A program made the position numbers and the translations under genes. A stretch of DNA of 32,000 nt from positions 1,290,001-1,322,000 of the forward strand of contig NC_010546.1 in NCBI RefSeq assembly GCF_000017845.1, in the 5' to 3' direction. The stretch is from Crocosphaera subtropica ATCC 51142 (lineage in GTDB: Bacteria > Cyanobacteriota > Cyanobacteriia > Cyanobacteriales > Microcystaceae). Below are positions 24,619 through 32,000 of the stretch, piece after piece (within the stretch, counting starts at the first letter, position 1; each line of letters begins with the position of its first letter). The notes beneath the pieces are model-generated. The model had not been told where the DNA came from. It was given only the letters and a program-made list of their open reading frames with translations, and made no database searches.

Positions 24619-25887
24619 ATGGTTTCACCGCTTGATTTCCAATTGGTTAATGCAGCCCGACAAGGAGACTGTCAAACCGTAGAAACCTTATTAGGACAAG
24701 GAGCCCATGTAAATGGTACCGATTTACAAAATACCAGTGCCTTGATGTATGCAGCGCAAAGAGGACATCGAGAGGTTGTACAGTGCTTATTATCGGCAGG
24801 AGCAAACGTTAATCAACAACGACCCTTTTCTGGTTTAACCGCTTTAATGTTTGCGGTGGCGGCCAATCGGGTTGAAATTGTCCAAGATTTGATTATAGCC
24901 CAGGCACAAGTTAACCAAACCAATGATGATGGCAACACAGCCTTAATGATTGCTGCCTATAAAGGACATACAAACATTGTGACTCAGTTAATGGCCGCTG
25001 GAGCAGATATTCATCACCCCAATAAACAGGGGGATACTGCCTTAACATTGGCTATTAAAGGGGATCATCCCGAAGTTATTGACCTCCTTCCCCAGACAGA
25101 AATAGAACTCACCCATCGACAAGCTTTGGTGTTTGCCATTCGTTGTGGTAGTTTAAGAGTCTTTCAAGCTTTATTAACCCCTAAGACGGACATCAACACC
25201 CCCGATGCTGAAGGAGAAACCTTATTATCTTTAGCAGCCTCTGACGGTCAAACAGCCATTATCCAAGCTCTATTAGCAGCAGGAGCAGATGTTAATCAAC
25301 GGGATGAGGAGGGAGAAACCCCTTTGCACTATGCCACCGTAGAGGGCCATTTAGAGCCTGTAAAGGCATTATTAGCAGCAGGAGCCAGTGTCCATTTAGC
25401 TAATCAATTCGGGGATACTCCTCTGATTTTAGCCGTGGTGCAGGGATATAGGGAAATTGTGCAAGAATTATTACAGTATGGAGCCGATCCCAACCGCAAA
25501 AACTATGGGGAAACCCCATTGACGTTAGCGATCGCTCACGGAAACTTGGACATCATTGAAGCGTTGTTAAATGGTGGGGCCGATCCTAACACCAGACTAC
25601 CTAATGGACGTACAGGACTAATGAAGGCCGCCGATGAGGGTAATCTTACTTTACTCCGTTTATTACTTCGGGCTGGGGCTAATATCGCCCTCAAGGATCA
25701 AACTGGGGCAACAGCCTTGATGTGGGGATCTCATCGAGGTTATGTCAATGTCGTTAAGGTTTTATTAGATGCAGGGAATGTTAATTTAGATGAAAAAAAT
25801 AATAGCGGTTATACCGCTTTGTCGTTGGCCGAATATAATAATTATCCTGATGTCATTGAATTGTTAAAAAAGGCAGGAGCTAGTTGA
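24619..25887 (+). CDS. ankyrin-repeat protein (~13 tandem ANK repeats, no signal peptide)
   Basis: Thirteen consecutive ~33-aa units of the form G.T(A/P)L..A...GH..(I/V)V..LL..GA(D/N)(V/P)N. Confidence 0.9.
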   Translation: MVSPLDFQLVNAARQGDCQTVETLLGQGAHVNGTDLQNTSALMYAAQRGHREVVQCLLSAGANVNQQRPFSGLTALMFAVAANRVEIVQDLIIAQAQVNQTNDDGNTALMIAAYKGHTNIVTQLMAAGADIHHPNKQGDTALTLAIKGDHPEVIDLLPQTEIELTHRQALVFAIRCGSLRVFQALLTPKTDINTPDAEGETLLSLAASDGQTAIIQALLAAGADVNQRDEEGETPLHYATVEGHLEPVKALLAAGASVHLANQFGDTPLILAVVQGYREIVQELLQYGADPNRKNYGETPLTLAIAHGNLDIIEALLNGGADPNTRLPNGRTGLMKAADEGNLTLLRLLLRAGANIALKDQTGATALMWGSHRGYVNVVKVLLDAGNVNLDEKNNSGYTALSLAEYNNYPDVIELLKKAGAS

Positions 25888-26015
25888 TGCAGTCAGAAAC
25901 TTCTAACTCCGTTGCAATGCTATCCCGCAGAAGTTACCAGTGAGAAGTGACTGAAAGAAGTTTTGGGGCTATCTCAGAACCGTTAAAATTATTAATTGTT
26001 AATTTAGAAATCATC

Positions 26016-26957
26016 ATGCGAACCTATCGATTAATTGCCCCTGCTAAAATTAATTTATATCTAGAAATTATTGGCGATCGCCCCGATGGTTATCATGAAT
26101 TAGTAATGATTTTACAGAGTATTGAATTGGGGGATCAGATCGAAATTCGCTCCAACGGAACCCAAACGATTAATCTACATTGTAATCATCCTTTAGTTCC
26201 TCGTAATCAGACAAATATTTCTTATCGCGCTGCTCAATTAATGGTGGATCAATTTCCCGAACGGTTTGCTAATTATGGGGGAGTTGATATTACTATTGAT
26301 AAGCAAATTCCTGTGGCCGCAGGATTAGCCGGAGGCTCAACAGATGGGGCTGCGGTGTTATTAGGTTTAAATTTATTATGGGAATTAGGCTTAACCATAC
26401 CCCAGTTACAAAGCTTAGGAGAAAAATTAGGATCGGATGTGCCATTTTGTGTCAGGGGAGGAACAGCGATCGCTACAGGGAGAGGGGAAAAATTAGATCC
26501 AATTCAAGATTTAGATAGCTTATGGGTTGTCCTCGCTAAATATAATAATCTTTCGGTTTCTACGCCCTGGGCTTACAAAACCTATAAGCAACAATTTGGC
26601 CATACCTACATTAATGATCTTACAGGAATTCAGTCTCGAAGTTCTCAACTTCATTCTGGATCTTTTGTGCAAGCTATTAGTGATAAAGATGGAAAAAAAA
26701 TAGGACAATTATTACAAAATGATTTAGAAAAAGTTGTCTTACCTGAATATCCTCAAGTTGCCCAATTAAAAGAGATTTTACAACAAGCAGGAGGGTTGGG
26801 AACCATGATGTCAGGATCAGGTCCAACTATATTTACCTTGTGTCAGTCTCAAAGCGAAGCAGAAACCATCAAAAAAACAGCCAGACAAGCTATTCAAGAC
26901 CCTAATTTAGAATTTTGGGTAACTCAATTATCTAGTAATGGCATTCAAGTTATTTAA
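26016..26957 (+). CDS. ispE: 4-diphosphocytidyl-2-C-methyl-D-erythritol kinase (IspE)
   Basis: APAKINLYLEI and the GHMP-kinase motif PVAAGLAGGSTDGAAVL. I use the ATG at 26016 (MRTYRLIAPAKINL). The track start at 25947 is a GTG 23 codons upstream. Confidence 0.9.
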   Translation: MRTYRLIAPAKINLYLEIIGDRPDGYHELVMILQSIELGDQIEIRSNGTQTINLHCNHPLVPRNQTNISYRAAQLMVDQFPERFANYGGVDITIDKQIPVAAGLAGGSTDGAAVLLGLNLLWELGLTIPQLQSLGEKLGSDVPFCVRGGTAIATGRGEKLDPIQDLDSLWVVLAKYNNLSVSTPWAYKTYKQQFGHTYINDLTGIQSRSSQLHSGSFVQAISDKDGKKIGQLLQNDLEKVVLPEYPQVAQLKEILQQAGGLGTMMSGSGPTIFTLCQSQSEAETIKKTARQAIQDPNLEFWVTQLSSNGIQVI

Positions 26958-26996
26958 CAATTATGGATTGCTTCCGACAAGTTGTTGACTTTTTCA

Positions 26997-28019
26997 TTAA
27001 AATTGACTCAAAAATCGGATATCGCTATTATAAAGACGACGAATATCGTCAATTTGGTGTAGTACCATTGCAAAGCGTTCGATCCCTAACCCCGCAGCAA
27101 ACCCGGTATAAACTTCAGGATCATAACCCACTGCTTTTAACACATTGGGGTCGACCATACCACAACCCATCACCTCTAACCATTTGCCTTTCCACTGCAC
27201 ATCAACCTCCGCAGAGGGTTCTGTAAACGGGAAATAACTAGCCCGAAACTTAACTGGTAATTCTTCCCCGAACATTTGGGTTAAAAATTCTTTAATGGTT
27301 CCTTTAAGATCCGTAAAGGTTAAACCTTTATCCACTGCTAAAATTTCTACCTGATGGAAAACCGCCGAATGGGTAGCGTCTACTGTATCTCGACGATAAA
27401 CCCGACCGGGGGCTACAATACGGATGGGAGGTTCATGGGTTTCCATGTAGCGTATTTGTACAGGAGACGTATGGGTTCTCATTAAGACATTCTCGGTTAA
27501 AAAGAAAGTGTCCTGCATATCCCTAGCCGGGTGATCCGGGGGAATATTCAACGCCTCAAAGTTATAATAATCCGTTTCTATGTGGGGACCAGTGGCCACT
27601 TGATACCCTAACCCCACGAAGATATCTAATACTCGGTCTACGGTACTATTAAGGGGATGGAGACGACCCAAAGGACGACTAACCCCTGGCATTGTCACAT
27701 CAAGGGTTTCAGCAGCTAATTGTGCTTTTAATTTAGCGGTTTCTAGGCTGTTCCGTTGGTTATCTAAATGACTTTGTAATGACTCTTTAACTTCATTAGC
27801 TAAAGAACCAACACGGGGACGTTCTTCTGCGCTTAATTTACCCATCCCTCGCAAAATTTGTGAGAGTTTGCCTTTTTTCCCTAAATAATTAATTCTCAGT
27901 TGTTCTAATGCTTCTAAGCTGTCGACGGCAGTAATTTCCTTTTCTGCCTCTTGTTGTAGGGTTTGTAAATCTGTTTCTAGAGTATTAGACATTGTGGCCA
28001 TTGAGTTGGGATAGGACAA
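26997..28019 (-). CDS. pheS: phenylalanine--tRNA ligase alpha subunit (PheS)
   Basis: Class II aaRS motifs ([10 protein letters not shown]; [10 protein letters not shown]; [16 protein letters not shown]; GCGMVDP; [13 protein letters not shown]). The track start is a TTG. More likely starts are the ATGs at 28001 or 27992. Confidence 0.94.
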   Translation of the reverse strand: MSYPNSMATMSNTLETDLQTLQQEAEKEITAVDSLEALEQLRINYLGKKGKLSQILRGMGKLSAEERPRVGSLANEVKESLQSHLDNQRNSLETAKLKAQLAAETLDVTMPGVSRPLGRLHPLNSTVDRVLDIFVGLGYQVATGPHIETDYYNFEALNIPPDHPARDMQDTFFLTENVLMRTHTSPVQIRYMETHEPPIRIVAPGRVYRRDTVDATHSAVFHQVEILAVDKGLTFTDLKGTIKEFLTQMFGEELPVKFRASYFPFTEPSAEVDVQWKGKWLEVMGCGMVDPNVLKAVGYDPEVYTGFAAGLGIERFAMVLHQIDDIRRLYNSDIRFLSQF

Positions 28020-28143
28020 AAATTAGACACGCATTCTAGTTTAGCGAAGTTTGGGACGGTGGTATAGTATTTATCAAAAAGAGGCGAGTGAAGAAGCTGA
28101 TGGGGTATTAATAAAAACATATTGCTTTTGTCGTTTCAAAGAT

Positions 28144-28353
28144 TCAAAAATCAATAAATTCTCGTAAGTCTTTTAAAATATTCTCAATTCTTTCATTATT
28201 CTTTAATTCCCAATTACTGACTCGAAAAACGTACCAGTTTTCTTTCTGTAATTTTCTATCCTCCTTCAATCGCTTTGCGTAAGATTCCTCATTTGCATAC
28301 CATTTTGAATTTTGTTCTATGGCATAATGTCCAATATCATCAACTAAAATCAC
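28144..28353 (-). pseudogene. remnant or frameshifted small PD-(D/E)xK-like (DUF559/Vsr-like) ORF
   Basis: The track ORF starts at a GTG, but the frame stays open ~100 nt further upstream (to ~28452) with no ATG/GTG/TTG. An ATG at 28430 lies in a different frame. The pattern YRVYFVAF...FVILVDDIGHYAIEQ...DRKLQKENWYVFRVSNWEL...I..IL resembles the Y.VDF...hhhE.DG..H...R...L...G..VhRF.N.Eh layout of DUF559. The region is very AT-rich. Confidence 0.35.
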
Positions 28354-28520
28354 AAATCTTTTATTCTTCCAGAATGCTACAAAGTAAACTCGATAAATAT
28401 CATGGGAATATCTGGATGAAATTGATTCATTTTGACAAGACTTCTTTTCAAGTTACTATTTGTTGAATCAGTAAGATTGTATAAAGATTGAAGTGAATTA
28501 AAAGAAAAATTGGGATACAC

Positions 28521-29027
28521 TTATCCTTTTAATAATCCTAGTCCACTTTGTAGCTCGAAATTTAGTTTTTGAGTGCCGTTTTCTGCTGCAATAGAAAAAT
28601 AAGGTTTGGGAATTCCAAAAGGTAAACCGGCAGGAAATTGCTCATCAAATAAATTTTTACTAACTATTAAATCTTCTCGAATAATTTTCCCATCTTTGAT
28701 CTTAAATTCATTTTTTATACATAAATTACGAAGAGATTTTTTTGTGTCTTCTTCTATATAAAATAACTGTAAAGTGTACTCAATAACTTTTAGAAAGTTT
28801 TGAAATGTTTCTTGAATTTCCCAGTTTGCATAGTTGTAGTAAGCTTGAACAAGTTTGCGACGTTTTCCATAACTCGACAAGTTTTTCTCTGGCAAGGTAA
28901 AACCTGCATTTAAAAAGATATCATTGATTTGTCTCAGAACGAGGTTGTCTACAGAGAATTCTCTAAATTCTAATTTAATAAGGTTAATTTGAGGAGTCAA
29001 AGTTTCTGTTGCCTGATAGATAGTCAT
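28521..29027 (-). CDS. hypothetical protein (168 aa), no recognisable family
   Basis: ATG-initiated ORF in AT-rich DNA between pheS and pheT. Features noted: FSVDNLVLRQINDIFLNAGF...GKRRKLVQAYYNYANW and a C-terminal FPAGLPFGIPKPYF. Confidence 0.5.
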   Translation of the reverse strand: MTIYQATETLTPQINLIKLEFREFSVDNLVLRQINDIFLNAGFTLPEKNLSSYGKRRKLVQAYYNYANWEIQETFQNFLKVIEYTLQLFYIEEDTKKSLRNLCIKNEFKIKDGKIIREDLIVSKNLFDEQFPAGLPFGIPKPYFSIAAENGTQKLNFELQSGLGLLKG

Positions 29028-29178
29028 AAAAAAACCTTTTTTCTTATTATTCCCAATCTATAGCAATCAGTTGTCAGTTGTGAGAATGCAGTTGGAGTAT
29101 CGTCCACCATTAAGGAGAATTAGGTCAGACCTTTGGTAAACTAGAATTTGGCCACCGATCGCACCATACAAAAATACT

Positions 29179-31620
29179 ATGAAAATTTCCGTTAACTGGC
29201 TGCGGGAACTCGTTAACGTCACCCTCACCCCCGAAGCATTAGCCGATCTTTTGACCATCGCCGGGTTAGAAGTCGATGAGATCGAAGATCGTCGTCAATG
29301 GGCTGATGGGGTTGTGATCGGTAAAATTATAGACCGTCAACCTCACCCCAACGCTGATAAATTAAGCGTCTGTCAAGTGGATATTGGAGAAGAAAATCCC
29401 TCGACTATTGTTTGTGGGGCCCCCAACGCCAAAGCCGATATTTATGTTCCTGTCGCCACATTAGGAACCTATTTACCAAAAATTGATCTCAAGATTAAAT
29501 CGGCAAAACTCAGGGGAGTTAAGTCTCAAGGGATGATCTGTTCCTTAGCAGAGGTAGGACTCACTAAAGAATCAGCAGGAATTCACATTTTTGAAGAAGA
29601 TAACCTAGAATTAGGGGCAGATGCTAGACCCTATTTAGGTTTAGATGATGTTATTTTAGATATTACCCCCACTGCTAACCGCGCCGATGCTATGAGTATG
29701 ATCGGTGTGGCCAGAGAAGTCGCAGCATTAACAGGAGGAAAGTTAAACCTTCCTCAACCCCCTCACACCTCTTTTTCTGGTGAACAAACCTATCCTTTAA
29801 CCGTAGAAGTGAGTGACGGGAATGCTTGTCCTACTTACATTGGAACGGTGATCGAAGGGGTAAAAATTGCACCTTCTCCTGACTGGTTACAACAACGGTT
29901 AGAAGTGGCCGGGGTTCGTCCTATTAATAATGTTGTCGATATTACCAACTTAGTGTTATTAGAATGGGGTCAACCCCTTCATGCTTTTGATCTCCAGAAG
30001 TTGGAAACAGTCGCACGAAACAAAGATCATTTAATCGTTGGGGTAAGGTTTGCACAAGAAAAAGAAACCCTGAAAACTTTGGATGGCCAAGCAAGAAAGC
30101 TAAACCCAGTTAACTTACTTATTACCGCAAATGATCAACCAGTGGCCCTTGCTGGTGTCATGGGAGGAGAAGAAACAGAAGTTGCTGACGGGACGACAAA
30201 CATCCTTTTAGAAGCAGCATTATTTGAACAAGTAACGATTCGTCGATCGTCTCGGAGTCAAAGTTTACGCAGCGAAGCATCCGCTAGATACGAACGAGGC
30301 ATTAATTACTCTGAGTTAGAATTAGCTTGTCAACGGGCGATCGCTTTAATTACTGAGTTAGCAGGAGGAACCCCTGTGACTCAACAAATAAGTGATCATC
30401 GTCCGGATCGATCAGCCGAGTCCATTGAATTACGTCTTGATCGCATTCATCACGTTTTAGGCCCCGTAGAAAAAGATGGCCAAACAACTAACATCGCAGC
30501 AGTGGATGTGGAACGCATTTTAAGTGACTTAGGCTGTAGGCTAACCCCCATAGCAGGAGAAAATACCGTTTGGTCCGTCACGGTTCCTTCCTATCGGTAT
30601 CGGGACTTAGAACGAGAAATTGACCTCATCGAAGAAGTGGCCCGTCTCTATGGTTACGATCGCTTCTGTGATGAACTGCCTGACAAAACCGAAGCAGGGG
30701 GACTGTCCCTTGAATATCAAACCCAACGCAGGGTAAGAGAAGTCTTTCGAGGGGTGGGTTTAACCGAATTAGTGCAATATTCTCTAGTTAAACCCGAAAA
30801 AGCAGATATTGTTATTAGTAATCCCTTATTTGCTGAATATTCTGCTTTGAGAACCAATCTTTTAGACGGTATTATCGACGCTTTTGCCTATAACCAGTCC
30901 CAAGGAAACGGCGCATTAAATGGCTTTGAAATCGGACGAATTTTCCGACGAATTAACGGAGAAATTGCCGAATGGGATAATATTGCTGGTATTATGGGGG
31001 GTGATTTATTACCCCAAGGTCGCTGGACGAGAAGCGGTAAAGCTGATCCCATGACTTGGTATGAGGCTAAAGGTATCTTAGAAAGTGTCTTTGAACGGTT
31101 GGGGATATCAGTAGAGTATCAACCGGACAGTCAAGACGAACGGTTACACCCTGGACGGACCGCCTCTCTATGGTTATATGGAGAAAGATTAGGGATGTTT
31201 GGGCAAATTCATCCCCAACTAAGACAAGAAAAAGACTTAATCAATGAAGTTTATGGGTTTGAGTTAGATTTTCGTTGTTTATCGAAAGTTCTTAACCAAG
31301 AGAACTTACTCAACCCTCATTTTGAACTGTATTCTACCTATCCCGCAGTGGAAAGAGATTTAGCCTTTTTTGCTGCTTTAGATATTTCTGTTGCAGACTT
31401 AACGAAGACAATGAATAAAGCAGGAGGGAAACTATTAACAGCAGTCGAATTATTCGATGATTATCAAGGAAAAAACGTCCCCGACGGACAAAGAAGTTTA
31501 GCCTTTAGTTTAGCTTATCGTTCAGGCGATCGTACCTTAACCGATGAAGATGTTGAACCGGTTCATGATCAGATTCGTCAAATGTTAGTTAAAGAGTTTG
31601 ATGTTACCCTTCGGAGTTAA
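29179..31620 (+). CDS. pheT: phenylalanine--tRNA ligase beta subunit (PheT)
   Basis: [13 protein letters not shown]-terminus, tRNA-binding OB domain, B3/4 and B5 domains, FDDYQG...SLAF..YRS C-terminal anticodon-binding domain. 813 aa. Confidence 0.96.
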   Translation: MKISVNWLRELVNVTLTPEALADLLTIAGLEVDEIEDRRQWADGVVIGKIIDRQPHPNADKLSVCQVDIGEENPSTIVCGAPNAKADIYVPVATLGTYLPKIDLKIKSAKLRGVKSQGMICSLAEVGLTKESAGIHIFEEDNLELGADARPYLGLDDVILDITPTANRADAMSMIGVAREVAALTGGKLNLPQPPHTSFSGEQTYPLTVEVSDGNACPTYIGTVIEGVKIAPSPDWLQQRLEVAGVRPINNVVDITNLVLLEWGQPLHAFDLQKLETVARNKDHLIVGVRFAQEKETLKTLDGQARKLNPVNLLITANDQPVALAGVMGGEETEVADGTTNILLEAALFEQVTIRRSSRSQSLRSEASARYERGINYSELELACQRAIALITELAGGTPVTQQISDHRPDRSAESIELRLDRIHHVLGPVEKDGQTTNIAAVDVERILSDLGCRLTPIAGENTVWSVTVPSYRYRDLEREIDLIEEVARLYGYDRFCDELPDKTEAGGLSLEYQTQRRVREVFRGVGLTELVQYSLVKPEKADIVISNPLFAEYSALRTNLLDGIIDAFAYNQSQGNGALNGFEIGRIFRRINGEIAEWDNIAGIMGGDLLPQGRWTRSGKADPMTWYEAKGILESVFERLGISVEYQPDSQDERLHPGRTASLWLYGERLGMFGQIHPQLRQEKDLINEVYGFELDFRCLSKVLNQENLLNPHFELYSTYPAVERDLAFFAALDISVADLTKTMNKAGGKLLTAVELFDDYQGKNVPDGQRSLAFSLAYRSGDRTLTDEDVEPVHDQIRQMLVKEFDVTLRS

Positions 31621-31638
31621 AAAAGTTAATTAATGTAG

Positions 31639-31700
31639 GGTGGGTTACGACGAATGGTTAGATTCTAGTTATAACTTAAATTATCGCCGTCTAACCCACC
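31639..31700 (+). terminator. long hairpin downstream of pheT
   Basis: Arms GGTGGGTTA(C)GACG and CGTC-TAACCCACC (31639-31647 / 31692-31700 plus 4 more bp across a 1-nt bulge) enclose a ~35-nt loop. It is followed by AATTTAATTT, which is a weak T-run. Confidence 0.3.
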
Positions 31701-31790
31701 AATTTAATTTATGCTAATTTAAGATCATCCGAAAAGAACTTTAAAAATTTAATTTTAGTTGTCTCATCTTATTCCTAATAGTTTAAAATT

Positions 31791-32000
31791 ATGCCGAAAT
31801 ACATTTTATTTGGTGATTACTGCGAAAATGCTTTAGAAAAAAGAACCCCTTACCGTCAAGATCATTTAGAGGGTTTAAAACAGCAAAAAGAAACAGGAAT
31901 TTTAGTTACTATTGGACCTACTAAAGATAATACTAAAGTTTTCGGGATTTATGATGCAGAAAATGCCGAACAAGTCACAGAATTAATTGAAAATGATCCC
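31791..32000 (+). CDS. YciI-like family protein (N-terminal 70 codons; continues beyond the window)
   Basis: Hand translation gives MPKYILFGDYCENALEKRTPYRQDHLEGLKQQKETGILVTIGPTKDNTKVFGIYDAENAEQVTELIENDP..., which fits the YciI pattern (R...R..HL..L......G.L...GP ... A.......DP). Confidence 0.6.
   Translation, partial: MPKYILFGDYCENALEKRTPYRQDHLEGLKQQKETGILVTIGPTKDNTKVFGIYDAENAEQVTELIENDP

Noticed and set aside
26963-27226. 87-aa + strand ORF after ispE
   Set aside because: It is antisense to the conserved C-terminal catalytic core of pheS and has no SD.
28275-28466. 63-aa + strand ORF inside the pheS/pheT cassette
   Set aside because: It is antisense to the nuclease-like remnant. It is an AT-rich chance ORF with no family resemblance.
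29067-29258. 63-aa minus-strand ORF across the pheT start
   Set aside because: It overlaps the pheT N-terminus and the heptamer tract, and it has no translation signals.
1-32000. CRISPR arrays, IS elements or transposases, rRNA, prophage genes
   Set aside because: I saw no regularly spaced 25-40-bp direct repeats, no DDE/HUH-type or recombinase-like ORFs and no rRNA-like sequence on either strand.

Overview
This is a chromosomal segment of a cyanobacterium. I found by eye at least 15 perfect HIP1 octamers (GCGATCGC), STRR-like heptamer tracts in intergenic DNA, and photosystem I and II genes. The PLAT-less lipoxygenase and the overall gene content suggest a unicellular Cyanothece/Rippkaea/Crocosphaera-type genome, but I cannot verify that without a database search. 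I call 36 protein-coding genes, one tRNA-Ala(CGC), several intrinsic terminators and a few repeats. Four of the genes are under 45 aa and missing from the ORF track (psaJ, psbF, psbL, psbJ), and two are cut by the window edges. The content is mostly core: psaF-psaJ; rubA-ycf48-psbEFLJ; dnaJ/tusA-like/rsgA; ftsZ; ispE; divergent pheS and pheT; flavodoxin; HPPD; a GldA-like Fe-ADH; PrxQ/BCP; Usp; a CNNM/CorC-type transporter; and a 13-repeat ankyrin protein. I saw no CRISPR array, transposase, integrase, rRNA or recognisable multi-gene defence system, and I do not think the window holds a clear-cut novel multi-gene system. Three parts look accessory. (i) An AT-rich, HIP1-free two-ORF cassette sits between pheS and pheT, and its second ORF looks like a frameshifted PD-(D/E)xK (DUF559/Vsr-like) remnant. 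(ii) A mini-lipoxygenase is followed by an aldo/keto reductase. (iii) The hppD gene is very AT-rich. The non-coding oddities are: a 32-bp perfect palindrome in the yihY/usp divergent promoter region; two orphan intrinsic terminators in ORF-free gaps (sRNA candidates); a ~70-100-nt dispersed repeat present twice; HLR1-like (RpaB-type) motifs upstream of psaF and of a 75-aa membrane-protein gene; and a Fur-box-like GATAATGATAAT upstream of hppD. Many leading M residues in the ORF track are actually GTG/TTG codons. Where an ATG with better context lies just downstream, I say so.
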